Assembly (NCBI GenBank): GCA_965113315.1
Contig: OZ220371.1
Direction: 5' to 3' (one strand)
Source of the DNA: Podarcis vaucheri
Lineage: Eukaryota
Length of the DNA stretch: 64,000 nucleotides
Shown here: positions 1-11,628 of the stretch, one piece after another
Numbering within the stretch: position 1 is the first letter of the stretch
How the letters are laid out: each line of letters starts with the position of its first letter
Notes under the pieces: model-generated
Told to the model about the DNA's origin: nothing
What the model saw: only the letters and a program-made list of their open reading frames with translations
The model's database searches: none
Made by a program: the position numbers and the translations under genes

Positions 1-283
1 GAGTGAGCTCCTGTTGCTTGGTCCTAGCTCCTGCCAACCAAGCAGTTCGAAAGCACGCCAAAAGTGCAAGTAGAAAAATAAGTATCGCTCTGGCAGGAAG
101 GTAAACGGTGTTTCCATGCGCTGCTCTGGTTTCACGAGAAGCGGCTTAGTCATGATGGCCACATGACCCGGAAAAACTGTCTGCGGACAAATGCCGGCAC
201 CCTTGGCCTGTAAAGCGAGATGAGCGCCGCAACCTCAGAGTCGTCTGCGACTGGACTTAACTGTGAGGGGTACTTTACCTTTT
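1..283 (+). mobile_element. Sauria SINE, 5' end cut by the window edge
   Basis: Same body as the other copies (GCAGTTCGAAAGCACG..AAGTGCAAGTAGA..GGAAGGTAAACGG..GGCCACATGACCCGG), BovB-like 3' end AGAGTCGTCTGCGACTGG and TTTACCTTT tail. Confidence 0.92.
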
Positions 284-543
284 AACGTCTGCTGGGATCT
301 CATCTCCCAGATTTTTTTGATGAGCTTGTGAAGTTGTGTAAGTTCAATTCCGCCCACTTTGAAGACTTCGGCAGGTATCCCATTAGGTCCACTGGCTTTG
401 TTGTTTTTCATTTGGTTAATAGCTGTACACAACTCTCCCAGATTTGGAGAGACTGCAAGCTCATCTCTAATTTGTTTTTGCGGAATTTATGAGAAGACCT
501 CAGCGGCTATGAGGGAGTTGCGGTTACGAAGATGCTGGTAAAG
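284..543 (-). mobile_element. RTE-clade LINE fragment (non-BovB), region just N-terminal of RT
   Basis: Translates to ..ELCTAINQMKNNKASGPNGIPAEVFKVGGIELT..KLIKKIWE, the KA.G.DGIPAE pre-RT motif of RTE elements. Confidence 0.75.
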
Positions 544-1050
544 TTAGGCTATCCTTGTCCAGATAGGGCATAGCTGGGCCACCAGCCGAAGCTGATGGAA
601 GGCACCCCAAGCCACCAATGCCACCTGAGCCTCAAGTGACAGCAGCGGATCCAGGAGTATCCCCAAGCTATGTACCTGCTCCTTCAAAGGGAGTGTAACC
701 CTATACAGATCAGGCAACCTCCCAGCCATCCGGTCTGAGGAACTGACCGCTAGCAGTGCCTCAGTCTTACCTGGATTGAGCTTCAGTTTGTTGGCTCTTA
801 TCCAGTCCATTACCGAGGCAAGACATTGGTCGAGCACATCCATTGCCTCACTTGCAGATGTAAAGGAGAAATAAAGTTGTGTGTCATCAGCATATTGCTA
901 ACAGTATACTCCAAAACTCTGGATGACCCCACCCAGTGGTTTCATGTAGATTTTAAATAGCACAGGGGATAAAATAGAGCCCTGGAGAACTCTACATTGA
1001 AGGCTTCACAGGACTTAAAACCACTCCCCAAGCATCACCCTCTGGGAACT
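544..1050 (-). mobile_element. L2 LINE RT fragment
   Basis: WIRANKLKLNPGKTEALL..SLGILLDPLLSLEAQV..FHQLRLVAQL, preceded by YADDTQLY (TGTGTCATCAGCATA on +). Confidence 0.88.
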
Positions 1051-1649
1051 AAGTGCTCCCCCAAAAATACATTTTATGGAATTGAATTATCCTTCTTCCA
1101 TATAGTATGATGGGACCAGTGCAGATTGCAGCTGTGGATTGGAATTCGAATGTCTTCTTGAAATGGAGGGGTTGTTATTCTGAACTTCAATTATTTAATT
1201 TTGTCTAATAGTTATGAATGTTTGCTCACTGACAGTGCCTTTCTGCAACTCTTGAATTAGATTTATATTCATCTTAAGAAAGCCATTAGGAAAGAATAAC
1301 AAAATAGGATTGGTAAATGTTCATTAAGAAGATGGAAATGCAAAGTCTTTCTCTGCCCTTGGCAGGGTGGGGAATGAAAATTTCCAATCTAAATAAATAT
1401 GGTTGGCAGCTCATTTTGCTTCCTTGCTGGCAGCAAGGTCAAGGACAGAAATAATCTTCCACCTCTCAATCATACCTCACCTGTACTGCCCAGATGTCAT
1501 GATTCAGCTTACTGCAATGGTTACTCATACAGGAAAATGGTTATGTAGAAAAATGTCCAAAATTGTCCAGTGATTAGGGTGCTTTTTAGCCCACAGATCA
1601 AGATGTTGGTGACAGGTTTATTGGAGTAAGTGAACCTTTTTTTTTTTTT

Positions 1650-2610
1650 GGACAGAATCACTGTCTTCCTCAAGAATCAGGTCAGCTAGTTGGCAGTACT
1701 TCTGGAAGCGCAGTTGGCATATATGGATGAGAATCCTTTTTCCTAGCTTTGGCTGGAAAACTTCCTACAATTCTCCTAGGAAATGCTGGACACTAGTCAC
1801 TGTTTTCTGTGCTCTGTTCATTTCAGATTGGATCACTGTCGTGTTCTTTGCTGTGTTGCCACTGAAGAGCAGAGATTTCAAGGTGTTTTAGAATTTGGTT
1901 GCCCAGTTATTTACTGGTGCAGGTCACAGAGCCTGTATTTATACTTGCTTTAAAGGAGCTTCATTAATTCCCAGTTAGTTTCTGGGTGAAATTTATGGTA
2001 TCATTTACCTTTTTTAAAAAATCTAAAGTGACTGGGGCCACAATCTGACATTGTTTAAAATTTATGCCGAACTCTATAGAGTATGCAAAGCTTGTTGAAT
2101 ATTTATATTAGCTTGTTATATATTAGTTTGTTGAAATCTTAATGAATTTGCAAAGCAGGTCAGTATTATCACCCCTATATTGCAGGTGGTGGGACAGTCT
2201 GAGAGAAAGAGTTGTATTTTCTAAGGTTAACTACTGAATTTATGATGGTGGTATAATTCAAACTGGGATCCTCCTTATCCATAAGTAAATCAAACATTAT
2301 GCTCTCTGAGCACATGCTCCCAGTTTCTCAATCATCTGAGGTTTCACTGGTTAGTATGGCACTCTCTGTGGTCCTTTCCTCATTGTAGAGTGTCTTTCTT
2401 GTGATGTTTAAACTCTGGAAGCTTTTGGGAAGACCTTAAAAGTTTTTCTGTTCCACTGAGCCTTTTGTCTGCTCTCTGAGTTTTTTATTATAATCCTGGC
2501 AACTGGTTTCAAATCTGGTTAGCTTTTGAAATTGTGTTTATTTATTTATTTCTTTGTTTTAAATTTGATTTGTTGTGCAGTTTTGCACTGTATTTTACTT
2601 TGTGAGCTGC
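1650..2610 (+). mobile_element. Ancient, heavily decayed L2 3' region, probably interrupted by a MIR/CORE-like SINE remnant (~2160-2300)
   Basis: Degenerate homology to the L2 C-terminus (SRLDYC, LPLK, ELHWLPV equivalents at 1820-1990), then an AT-rich L2-like tail. TATTATCACCCCTATATTGCAGG resembles the MIR core in reverse. Confidence 0.45.
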
Positions 2611-2633
2611 TTTGCGGCCAAAATATATAAAAG

Positions 2634-2659
2634 GTGTGTGTGTGTGTGTGTGTGTGTGT
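2634..2659. repeat. (TG)n microsatellite
   Basis: Seen directly. Confidence 0.95.
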
Positions 2660-3654
2660 ATTCCACATCACTGCGTAGTGCTTTGATTAAATATTCTGGT
2701 TTTAGATTAAGGAAAATAAAGCTTAATCTATAGATGGGACAATTTGCGAGTAGTTGTGAGTACGGGTGAAATTGTACAATTATTTTGTAAAGTTAATCCT
2801 CTAAAACCGACTTCCACTAGGATTATATTGGAAGTCAGTTAAAATTATCTCAATAGCCTTGCAAATATATCTACAAAAGTTACTGGAATTTGTCTCAAAC
2901 CATAAATTAGTGTTATGCTGATTACATTTCGGACACCTTTGTTTGTATTAGTAAGTACATAATTTAGCCCTCATAAACTGTGTTTGGCATAGGCATTAAA
3001 GAGAACCTCAAGCATCATCTTCATTACCTTTCTTGGCATATGTTTTCATTGTGCATAGAAGGCCAACTGACCAAAGAGCCAAACGGTCTGGCTTAGTCTT
3101 TTCTTGCCAGCTCCCTGGGAGAATTGACAAGATTCCCAGTTGCTCCTTCAGCAAGGCTCATATGTGCAGAGTTTTGAAAACCCCATAGGAATGAGGACTG
3201 GTGCCAAAGCACAGTGAACAGTTGTGACATCTAAGAAGCCAAAATGCCCCCAGCTGAAAATCAGTGTAGTATAGTTTAGTGTATTGGGTTCAGTCTTGCA
3301 GATTTAAACATGCCTCTACCAAAGGCTCAGTATTTGGGTTTCAACTGAAACAGAATGACTTGCATATATTGCAATAAATAACTAATTTGTTGCTGATGTA
3401 AATGTAATTAAGACTGGCACATTCTGTGAAAGTTGAAAATACGTGTGCAACAAAAAGACTTGTGATGCTGGGCAAATCAAATTAGAGGCAGAAAAACCAG
3501 AGCAATTTTGGAAGTTGCTAGTCAGAATGCCTTTTGACAGCTAAGCTGGCAAGCAAAGAGTATCGTACTCCTTGGACCCTAATCAGAAATGACTTCTAGA
3601 TTTGGAAGCTTTGGACAGTATGAATTTCTAGCTTAGCGCCAAAGCCGGCTCTTT

Positions 3655-3674
3655 GGACAGCGCCCGGTGCTGAA
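3655..3674. promoter_or_regulatory. Candidate non-canonical REST/NRSF (RE1) site, convergent half-sites
   Basis: GGACAGCGCC (perfect right half) + C + GGTGCTGAA (reverse complement of perfect left half TTCAGCACC). Motif only, no binding data. Confidence 0.4.
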
Positions 3675-4667
3675 TCATGCAGGGCTCTAGCTGCAGGCCT
3701 TAGCAATTAAGAGGCTGAAGCAGTAGGAGGGCCATAAAACGAACACTGGAATCAGAAGTGTATATTTAAGTAGGTTTGGTGCAGAGAAGATATCAAGAGC
3801 ACAGTAAGTTGAGCAAACACTTAAGGCTTTTCCTTCCACACCCAGTTATTTTTTAAATTAACCTATAGATTCCTATTAGAATCTTTAAATCTTATTGTTT
3901 TTAGCATAATATACATGAGTAGTTTTGTTTTGAATTTTTGCTGCCCTTTTGCAGATGAACAGAAATTGGGAAGGAAGAACTCCAAGTTACTAAATGGTTT
4001 GGGAATGTAAAGAAGCAAGTAGATACGAAATTCACCCCCCCCCCTACTCAAGATTTCTAAGATCATCTATCTCAATGGCTCTCTCGCTCTTAACCTTTGA
4101 AAGTATCAGTTACATAATAAGAATGTGGCAGAGCTGGTGGTATCTGTCAATTCATTTTAATTTCTTACAGGTTCATGAAAATGCTGTCCATAATATGTTA
4201 ATAACATGCAATTAAAGTATGCAAATTTAGTGTGGCTCATGATCTACTTCCTACTTAGCCTTTGGTGCTGAACAAATTGTCCATTCCTAATTTAGCACAG
4301 GAGTCTGCATCTTCACTTCTATGATTCACCAAGATTCATGGAGTAATAGGATTTGACCCTGAAAGGGAATTTAATTTGTATCATTCAGAGCCTGACACCT
4401 TAATTATGCTTCTGAGCCAAGGGGAACAAGCAGTAAATGGAATGTAGGACAGATACAATATTTGGCAGGGCAATTCTATAATCAATATATAGGTTTGGTA
4501 GGAAGTGAGCTGGCTACATATTTGCCCCTTTCAGTGTTCAGGTCATGAATAGCATCACTTTTACAATAACTTTTGTTTATATTTGCCTGCACTTCTTTAA
4601 GTGAAACAATATATACACATTTTCCTCAACTAATTCTATAATATTCCAGTTGCAGAATATTCGACTA

Positions 4668-4893
4668 CAGTGGTACCTCTGGTTACATACGCTTCAGGTT
4701 ACTTACTCCGCTAACCCAGAAATAGTACTTCAGGTTAAGAACTTTGCTTCAGGATGAGAACAGAAATCGTGCTCCGGCAGTGCGGCAGCAGCAGGAGGCC
4801 CCATTAGCTAAAGTGGTGCTTCAGGTTAAGAACAGTTTCAGGTTAAGTACGGACCTCCGGAATGAATTAAATATTTAACCCGAGGTACCACTG
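4668..4893 (+). mobile_element. Tc1/mariner (pogo/Tigger-type) MITE, family A
   Basis: TIRs CAGTGGTACCTC..GAGGTACCACTG, TA target duplications, internal GCTTCAGGTTA repeats. Confidence 0.92.
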
Positions 4894-5604
4894 TATTCAT
4901 GTTACAGTTAAGCATGTTAATTTTTACATTCTGTGATGGTGCCATACTGGAACAACAGTTCCTTAGTTATTCAGATGTGTTTTCACCTTAATAGTCTGAA
5001 ATTTGATACTGGGTGATAGAGCTTGATTATACTGAGAAATAACAAAATTTGAAAATGTGTAGTCCAAACTGTGGGACCCTTGGATCTCTTATCCAACTGT
5101 AGCGGATCTTGGTACTACTGTAGAAGTGTTCTTGGGATCCCTGATACATGATGCTTGGTCAAATTGTGCTTGATGCACCCTCTCCTCTCCTGATAGTGTT
5201 TGATGGAAGGCAGATAAAGGAAAATAAGGGCTGTTTGAGTCTATAATATGCTTATGAGACCCTCCCTACAGGAGGTATCCTGCAGAAGGTAAAAGAAGCC
5301 TCACAAAAATATTAACCACCGAGCACACTTCTTAAACAGGGAAGTCACTTAGGTTATGTATAAATTTGGGGGACATTTGCATTCTTTCTCTTGGAACAAT
5401 ACAGTCACACACACCCAGTCACCAGAAATCATACAGGCAGTCTCTGATTACAGTTTCATAGGCAGGTCCCCCCTGCACCTTGAGAACCCAGCCTATGTAT
5501 TATATTCTTACTTCATTTGCTGATGGATTATATTTGGTTTACACTTTTCCTCCAAGGTTGACAGATAGGCACAATTGCTGCACAATTCTGTGATACTTAC
5601 ATGG

Positions 5605-5703
5605 TGTTCGATGAGACTTACTCCCAGTCTCAGGTAAACTCAGGGAGAGTACCTGACAGATTGATGGATGCAAACCACAGAAATGTGAGCGATCCTGGGA
5701 TTG

Positions 5704-5757
<54 letters not shown>

Positions 5758-6708
5758 CTGACCCCTGAAATCCTACCTGGAAAAGATCCAAGCACACGGA
5801 ACAGGAGTCAAAGCGAACCCCCAAAGTGTTGCCACCCCACCCCACCCCATCCTTCCCATGCAGTTTGGACTATCTCTCTACCTGTCCATCCTGGAGGGGG
5901 TGTGGGGAAGAGGCAGATAAGAGGTCTCCTTTCCTTATTGATGTGTGTGTGTGTGTGTGTTGGATGAGGTGGGGATTTTTAAAATCTCCCCCTCACCAAT
6001 CTAAAATCAGGAGCCCAAATTTCCTCTTCCCTGCCAAGCAGGCTTTTTTTTTTGCACTGCCAAGATCCACTACTCTGTTGCTCCTCCCCATCCCACCGAT
6101 TCCCCTTCTCCAGCCCCCAGCCAGGCCCTTGATCTGCATGCACAGGAGAGAATGAGGATTTCCCCTAACTGAGCAGCAGCAGCATTGCCATGTCTCTGCC
6201 GATTTGGGGACTTTGGTGCGGCTATCATCTAGACCCATCCACTCCCTCCTTCCTGGCATTTTTTCTCAGTCTGGCAAGCACTTCCCTGGCTTTGGGGAAG
6301 GAGGTGTGAGAGCTCTGACAGGGTCCTAGAGTCCTCCCGCCTCCTTTCCAAAGCTGGGAAAGAACTAACAAGGCTTTGGGAAAGGAGATGAGAGGGCTCT
6401 AGGACCCCATTAGAGTCCTCACGCCTCCTTCCCAGTGCTGCCATCACTGCTACCCCAGGAGCTGCTTCCTGTTCCCTGCCCTGGGGCTTCCAAATGTAGC
6501 CCACTTGCCATGTTTTGGATCACCCTGGGTTGGTCTGAGAGATTGAGACATGCCCAAAGTCAACCAGCTTTTAATAAATATGCAACTTGTGTGTCTCACA
6601 TCAAAGCCCAATATACTAAAACCTGGTTGTGGCTTGCCTCTGTATCTGTCTTTTGTATGTTTCTGCTATGGATGTAGCCTGTATAAGTAGTTTTGTTTGA
6701 CTCCAACA
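5605..6708 (+). mobile_element. Possible solo LTR or other composite repeat
   Basis: TGTTCGA..TCCAACA imperfect termini, AATAAA at 6573 followed by GT-rich sequence. No clear TSD. Confidence 0.3.
5704..5755. repeat. Compound (GT)n(GA)n microsatellite
   Basis: Seen directly. Confidence 0.95.
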
Positions 6709-7293
6709 TTGAAGCCTTGTATTCTGACACTGTCTTCTATTTTATTTTTTGTAAGAGGGATAATACAGCTCTCCCAAGCCTTCTAAATATATTACTCCCT
6801 AGAGGCAAACTTAATAAGATAGTAGTACAAGGACCTGATAATGTAAACAGAAGTAACACACATTAAATAGTTATACATTTCACACTACATAAAGAGTTCC
6901 TAGAATATCATTTAGAATATGGATTAGTTTGAAAGCTACACCAAGCAGTAAATAACCATGTATTTTAATAGCAAATACGCTAATACATAAGTGCATGCAC
7001 CTCCCACCAATTTGGATCCTTAAGTCCCCTTATTTGAAAAACTTTCATAGAAAAATTGGTACAGATTGTGATTTCAAGATAAGGTCATGTGAAGAAAGAA
7101 ATCAGATAGCTGTTTAGTAAGTTTCTAGAAGTGTAAACTTAAAAAAAAAAATAGTCTCTTAAGCGACCAGTTGCAACAATGATTTGCTCTAGTCATCTCA
7201 ATGCAATTATTTCATCAAAAGATTATTTGTATCTATGTCTGCTTTATTTCTCTCAGCCCCCTACTCCCCTTGCCCCAACACAACTTACAGAGT

Positions 7294-7294
<1 letters not shown>

Positions 7295-7337
<43 letters not shown>

Positions 7338-8505
7338 TTTTATTTATACCCCGCCCTCCCCAGCCAAGACCGGGCTCAGGGCGGCTAACAACAAATAATA
7401 AAAACAAGTTGATTAAAATACAATTTAAAAGATTAAGATACAACATTAAAACAATTAGGGAGCAATCTCTTCATAGGAGGAGAAAGGAAAAAGAAAGAGG
7501 GGGAGGGAATCAAACTGATTCTGAGCCAAAGGCCAAGTGGAACAACTCTGTCTTACAGGCCCTGCAGAAAGAGATCAGATCCCACAGGGCCCTGGTCTCA
7601 AGAGACAGAGCATTCCACCGCAGGAGCCAGTGTTGAAAATGCCCTGGCTCTGGTTGAAGCTAATCTAACTTCCTTAGGGCCCGGGACCACTAGGGTGTTG
7701 CCATATATGGACCTTAAGGTCCTCTGTGGGGCATACCGGGAGAGGCGGTCCCGTAGGTACGAGGGTCCTAAGCCGTGAAGGGCTTTAAAGGTCAAAACCA
7801 GCACCTTAAATCTGACCCTGTACTCCACCGGGAGCCAGTGCAGCTGGAAAAGCACTGGGTGAATATGCTCCCATGGCAGAGACCCCGTGAGGAGCCTCGC
7901 TGCAGCATTCTGCACCCGCTGGAGTTTCAGAGACAGCTTCAAGGGCAGCCCCGCGTAGAGCGAATTACAGTAGTCAAGCCTGGAGGTGACCATCGCATGG
8001 ATCACTGTGGCCAGGTCAGGGTGGGAAAGGTAAGGGACCAACTGCTTGATGCAGCGAAGGTGGAAAAATGTCGCCTTGGCTGCTGTTGTAATCTGCGCCT
8101 CCATGGAAAGGGAGGCGTCAAGGGTTACACCCAAACTCTTAACAGAAGGCAATGGCACTAATTGGGCCCCCGCAAGAGAAGGGAGTTGGTCCCTCATCCC
8201 CATACCATCCCGACCCAGCCAGAGGACTTCTGTCTTTGAAGGATTTAGTTTCAATCGGCTCCCACAAAACCATCCAGCCACAGCTTCCAAGCATCTGGTT
8301 AGTGTGTCAGGGATCGAGTCGGTATGGCCATCCATCAGCAGATAGAGCTGAGTGTCATCAGCATATTGGTGACAACCCAGCCCAAAGCTCCGGATAATCT
8401 GGGCAAGGGGGCGCATAAAGATGTTAAAAAGCCCTGGGGAGATGATTGAGCCCTGCGGCATTCCACACACCAAGGGGTGGCGCAACGACATCTCCCTCCT
8501 TCCCA
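7295..8505 (-). mobile_element. L2 LINE, 5'-truncated ~1.2 kb, with RT C-terminal half, 3' UTR and (TTA)n tail
   Basis: ORF 7598-8596 contains GMPQGSIISPGLFNIFM, YADDTQLY, LKLNPSKTE, SRLDYCNSL and LHWLPV. L2 stem-loop tail plus (AAT)n at 7295-7337. Confidence 0.95.
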
Positions 8506-8898
8506 TATAGCATGGGAAGCCCCATGGACTTCCTTGGAAAGGGCCTTTCCAAAGCATTGGTACCATAACGCAAAAGGATCTGCTTCCCAAACTCACCCCC
8601 TGCCTGTACTTCAGTGATGGCAGATGAGCAGGACTTCAGGAGCTGATCCTTGTCAGGGCAGATGTCATGCCTTCTTGGCTGGATGACTTTCCATATGACA
8701 AATTTTCCCTAGCTCACTTCCGATGCTTTCCAGGAGCAGAACACAAAGTGAGGATCATTAATAATTAATAGAAAGGTTTTAGCTGAGAAAAATAGAAAAA
8801 GGATATGAAAGTTCTTCCTAAAAACAATATTTATCTCTAATGTAGAATCATAGAATTGTAGAGTTGGATGGGACCCTGAAGGTCATTACTCCAAACTC

Positions 8899-9151
8899 CA
8901 GTCGTTAAGAGTCGTCAACAGGCTCATCTCAGCTATCTGCCAATCTCCCATTCCCACCGCCCTTCTAAGTAATACCCCTCCCCACCTTCTCACTATATAG
9001 AAGGATCTGCCAACTTCTGTTTCCGTGTATCTGAAGAAGTGTGCATGCACACAAAAGCTCATACCAAGAACTAACTTAGTTGGTCTTTAAGGTGCTACTG
9101 GAAGGGATTTTTTAATTTTGACTATGGCAGACCAACACGGCTACCTATCTG
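8899..9151 (+). mobile_element. Penelope-like element, solo pseudo-LTR
   Basis: Near-identical to the reverse complement of 31820-32075. Contains the hammerhead motif. Confidence 0.88.
9025..9064 (+). ncRNA. Minimal type I hammerhead ribozyme, probably inactive (GAAA core changed to AAAA)
   Basis: GTGTAT-CTGAAGA-A-GTGTGCATGCACAC-AAAA-GC-TC-ATAC. The catalytic G12 is lost at a CpG. Confidence 0.75.
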
Positions 9152-9835
9152 TTCCTGCAATGCAGGAATTGCAACTAGATCATACATGATAGATGACCAT
9201 CCAGTCTCTGCTTAAAAACCTCCAATGGAGGACAATCCACTACCTTCCAAGGGAGTCTGTTCCATTGTCAAACAGCTCTTACCACCTGAAAATTCTTCCT
9301 AATGTTTAATCAGAATTGCTTTTCTGGTAACTTGAATCCATTGATTCAGGCCCTTTTTCAACAAGCCTTTTAAGCTGAGATATTTCCTTATCTGCACCTG
9401 TATTGGAATTGTTTTTATGATAATTTTACTGTTTTAAAATTTGTTGTTTGCGACTGTGAATGGAATATAAATATAATAGATAGGTAGATGCTGTCTAGCA
9501 TATTAGGAAGAGATTACAAAACATCCTTAGCATGTTAGTTATTTGCTGAAATGTTCCGTTTTATTTCTGTTCATTTGCTTAATGACATACATTGTTTAGC
9601 ATTAGAGCTAGAAAAGCTACCCAGTCATCTCTGCTATTGAAGAGATAAGCCAATTATGAGCTCTTGCTTCCCAGCTTAATTGTATAAATATGATTGTGTG
9701 TGGCCATTTGGAAGGAAATGCTGTTATTTTTCTACTCCAACATCTGAGAGCAGAGTTTCTCCCAATATTCTAAGATAATCTGAACTCCCTTTTATCTAAT
9801 CAATGCTTCACACTTTAAGAACTTAAAGTGGATCT

Positions 9836-9979
9836 TAAGAATGTGAGGAGAGCCTGCTGGATCAGGCCAATGACCCATCTAATAATTCTAAAATAATAAT
9901 CCAGTTTTCACAGTGGCCAACCAGATACTAGTGGAAACCCGCAAGCAGGATTGGAGCACAAAGGCACTCTCTGCTCCTG
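9836..9979 (-). mobile_element. CR1-type 3' terminal fragment (or CR1-dependent SINE tail)
   Basis: TAAGAA..GAGAGCCTGCTGGATCAGGCCAATGACCCATCT..CACAGTGGCCAACCAGAT, a common squamate CR1 3' UTR motif. Confidence 0.6.
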
Positions 9980-10811
9980 ATATCAAACAGAAATTCTTAC
10001 GGTCATTTTCTGTTACCAGGGTTTCCTGGAGGCCATTATCATAGGGTCATGATGTTTGGTAGTTGCTTCTGCCAGCGCCATATATATGGGGTCGTAGACA
10101 GAGTCTGGGATTATTCTCTCCCTCTGAATTTCTATATGTTCATGTGTTCTCATTCAGTTATAGTTAGCCAGTGTAGCTCTTAAAATTGCTCATAGGCACT
10201 TCTCTAGCATATTGATTGAGTTGATTATAACCACAAGGGATTTCATTCCTCTATAGTCAGTGTCCTGTGCAATTTGTTTGCCTGGAAGGTGTTATGCTAT
10301 GGTATGTTTGTGGCATTTTTTATTCCTTACTAGACTTCTTTAAGGACTTTTGTATCTGTTTCTGCATTTAAAACTCTGACTATACTTTGCCTTCTATTGC
10401 TATTATAATCCGCTCATGTGGAATCATAATCAGTCAAGCATTCTGAACCATTGCTGAATATTGAGCTATTTCTAGAGGACATATATTCATCTATTGAAGT
10501 TTTCACAGCAAATTAAGCATATGTGTGCATTGCAGAACAGAGTGATTAAGCTTTAATTCATGGTTTGAAATGCTTTAATTAACGACACATTGCTACAAAA
10601 GTTTACACCGAGCGAAGTGCAAAATAGTAAAAGTTAAGGCATTTAAGACATGTATTTAATGTTTAAAAAAGTTAGACCTGAAACAAATATTGCTTTTGCA
10701 GTAAATTGTACACTTTGTAGATTTCATGGCTTACACAATTTTGAATTCAAAGAAAATTTTCAGTGTTGAGCATCCCATCAGTAGTTGAATGATACATTGA
10801 TCAATATTGAT

Positions 10812-10892
10812 CAAATTGTGAACAACCATGGGCCCAGGATAGAACTCTGTGGCACCCCTGCTGTCACTTTTTTACCATGATGATGAGGAACC
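10812..10892 (-). mobile_element. Old CR1 RT fragment
   Basis: Reverse strand reads GVPQSSILGPWLFTI (RT PQG motif). Confidence 0.6.
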
Positions 10893-11294
10893 TGCCAGGA
10901 AGCTAGAGTAGCAGCTCTACACCACCTGGCAATCCACTTCTGATAAGTAGCCTTTCTTCTTTCCTGGCTAGAATGGTGAATGGTGTTTCATAAATGGTGT
11001 TGTCAATCTGTGATGTTTATGTTTGGGTGTTAATATTTCTCTTTGCCAAAATACATGCCAAACATAACAATGTTGAATTATACAACATTCGTAATAAACA
11101 TATTTTATATATTTGTATACATTGCCTTCTTTACACCACATATAGCAGTCTATTAGTAACTGTAACAAGTAATTTAAGAACAGTTGTATGCATAGCAGCA
11201 TTTGGGTGCAGTTTCTATACGAAACAGATACTTTCGTATGGCATGTGAGGCATGTGAAGTACCAGTGAAAACATGGGCAGCCTACTCCTATTCT

Positions 11295-11628
11295 CATGTG
11301 CATTGAGCTATCAACCATGACTTCAAGATTTCTCTCCTGGTCAGTCACTGTCACTTCAGATCCCATTAATGTATATATGAAGTTTGGCTTTCTTGCCCCA
11401 ATGTGCATCAGTTTACACTTGCTTACGCTGAGTAACATTTGCCATTTCAATACCCATTCATGCAGGGATTTTTTGGAGCACAAATCCTTTTTGTTTTTAT
11501 TACCCTGAATGCTTTGGTGCTATCAGCAAATTTAGAACCTCACTGGTTACTGTTAACTCCAGAAAAGTTATGGACTTGCTTAAAAACTTATGGACTTACT
11601 TAAAAATTATGAACAAGTTCAAAAGCAC
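11295..11628 (-). mobile_element. CR1 RT fragment
   Basis: WVLKWQMLLSVSKCKLMHIG..YTLMGSEVTVTDQERNLEVMVDSSM, typical CR1 post-YADD region. Confidence 0.8.

Larger units (their letters stand above)
8843..9353 (-). mobile_element. CR1 LINE 3' end, split by a Penelope insertion
   Basis: TAGAATCATAGAAT tail, then GAGTTGGATGGGACCCTG up to 8898. It resumes at ~9152 with CCTGCAATGCAGGAA..CTCTGCTTAAAAACCTCC, collinear with the CR1 copy at 12831. Confidence 0.85.

Noticed and set aside
7598-8596. 332-aa ORF as a host gene
   Set aside because: It is L2 reverse transcriptase; the first ~30 codons are flanking read-through.
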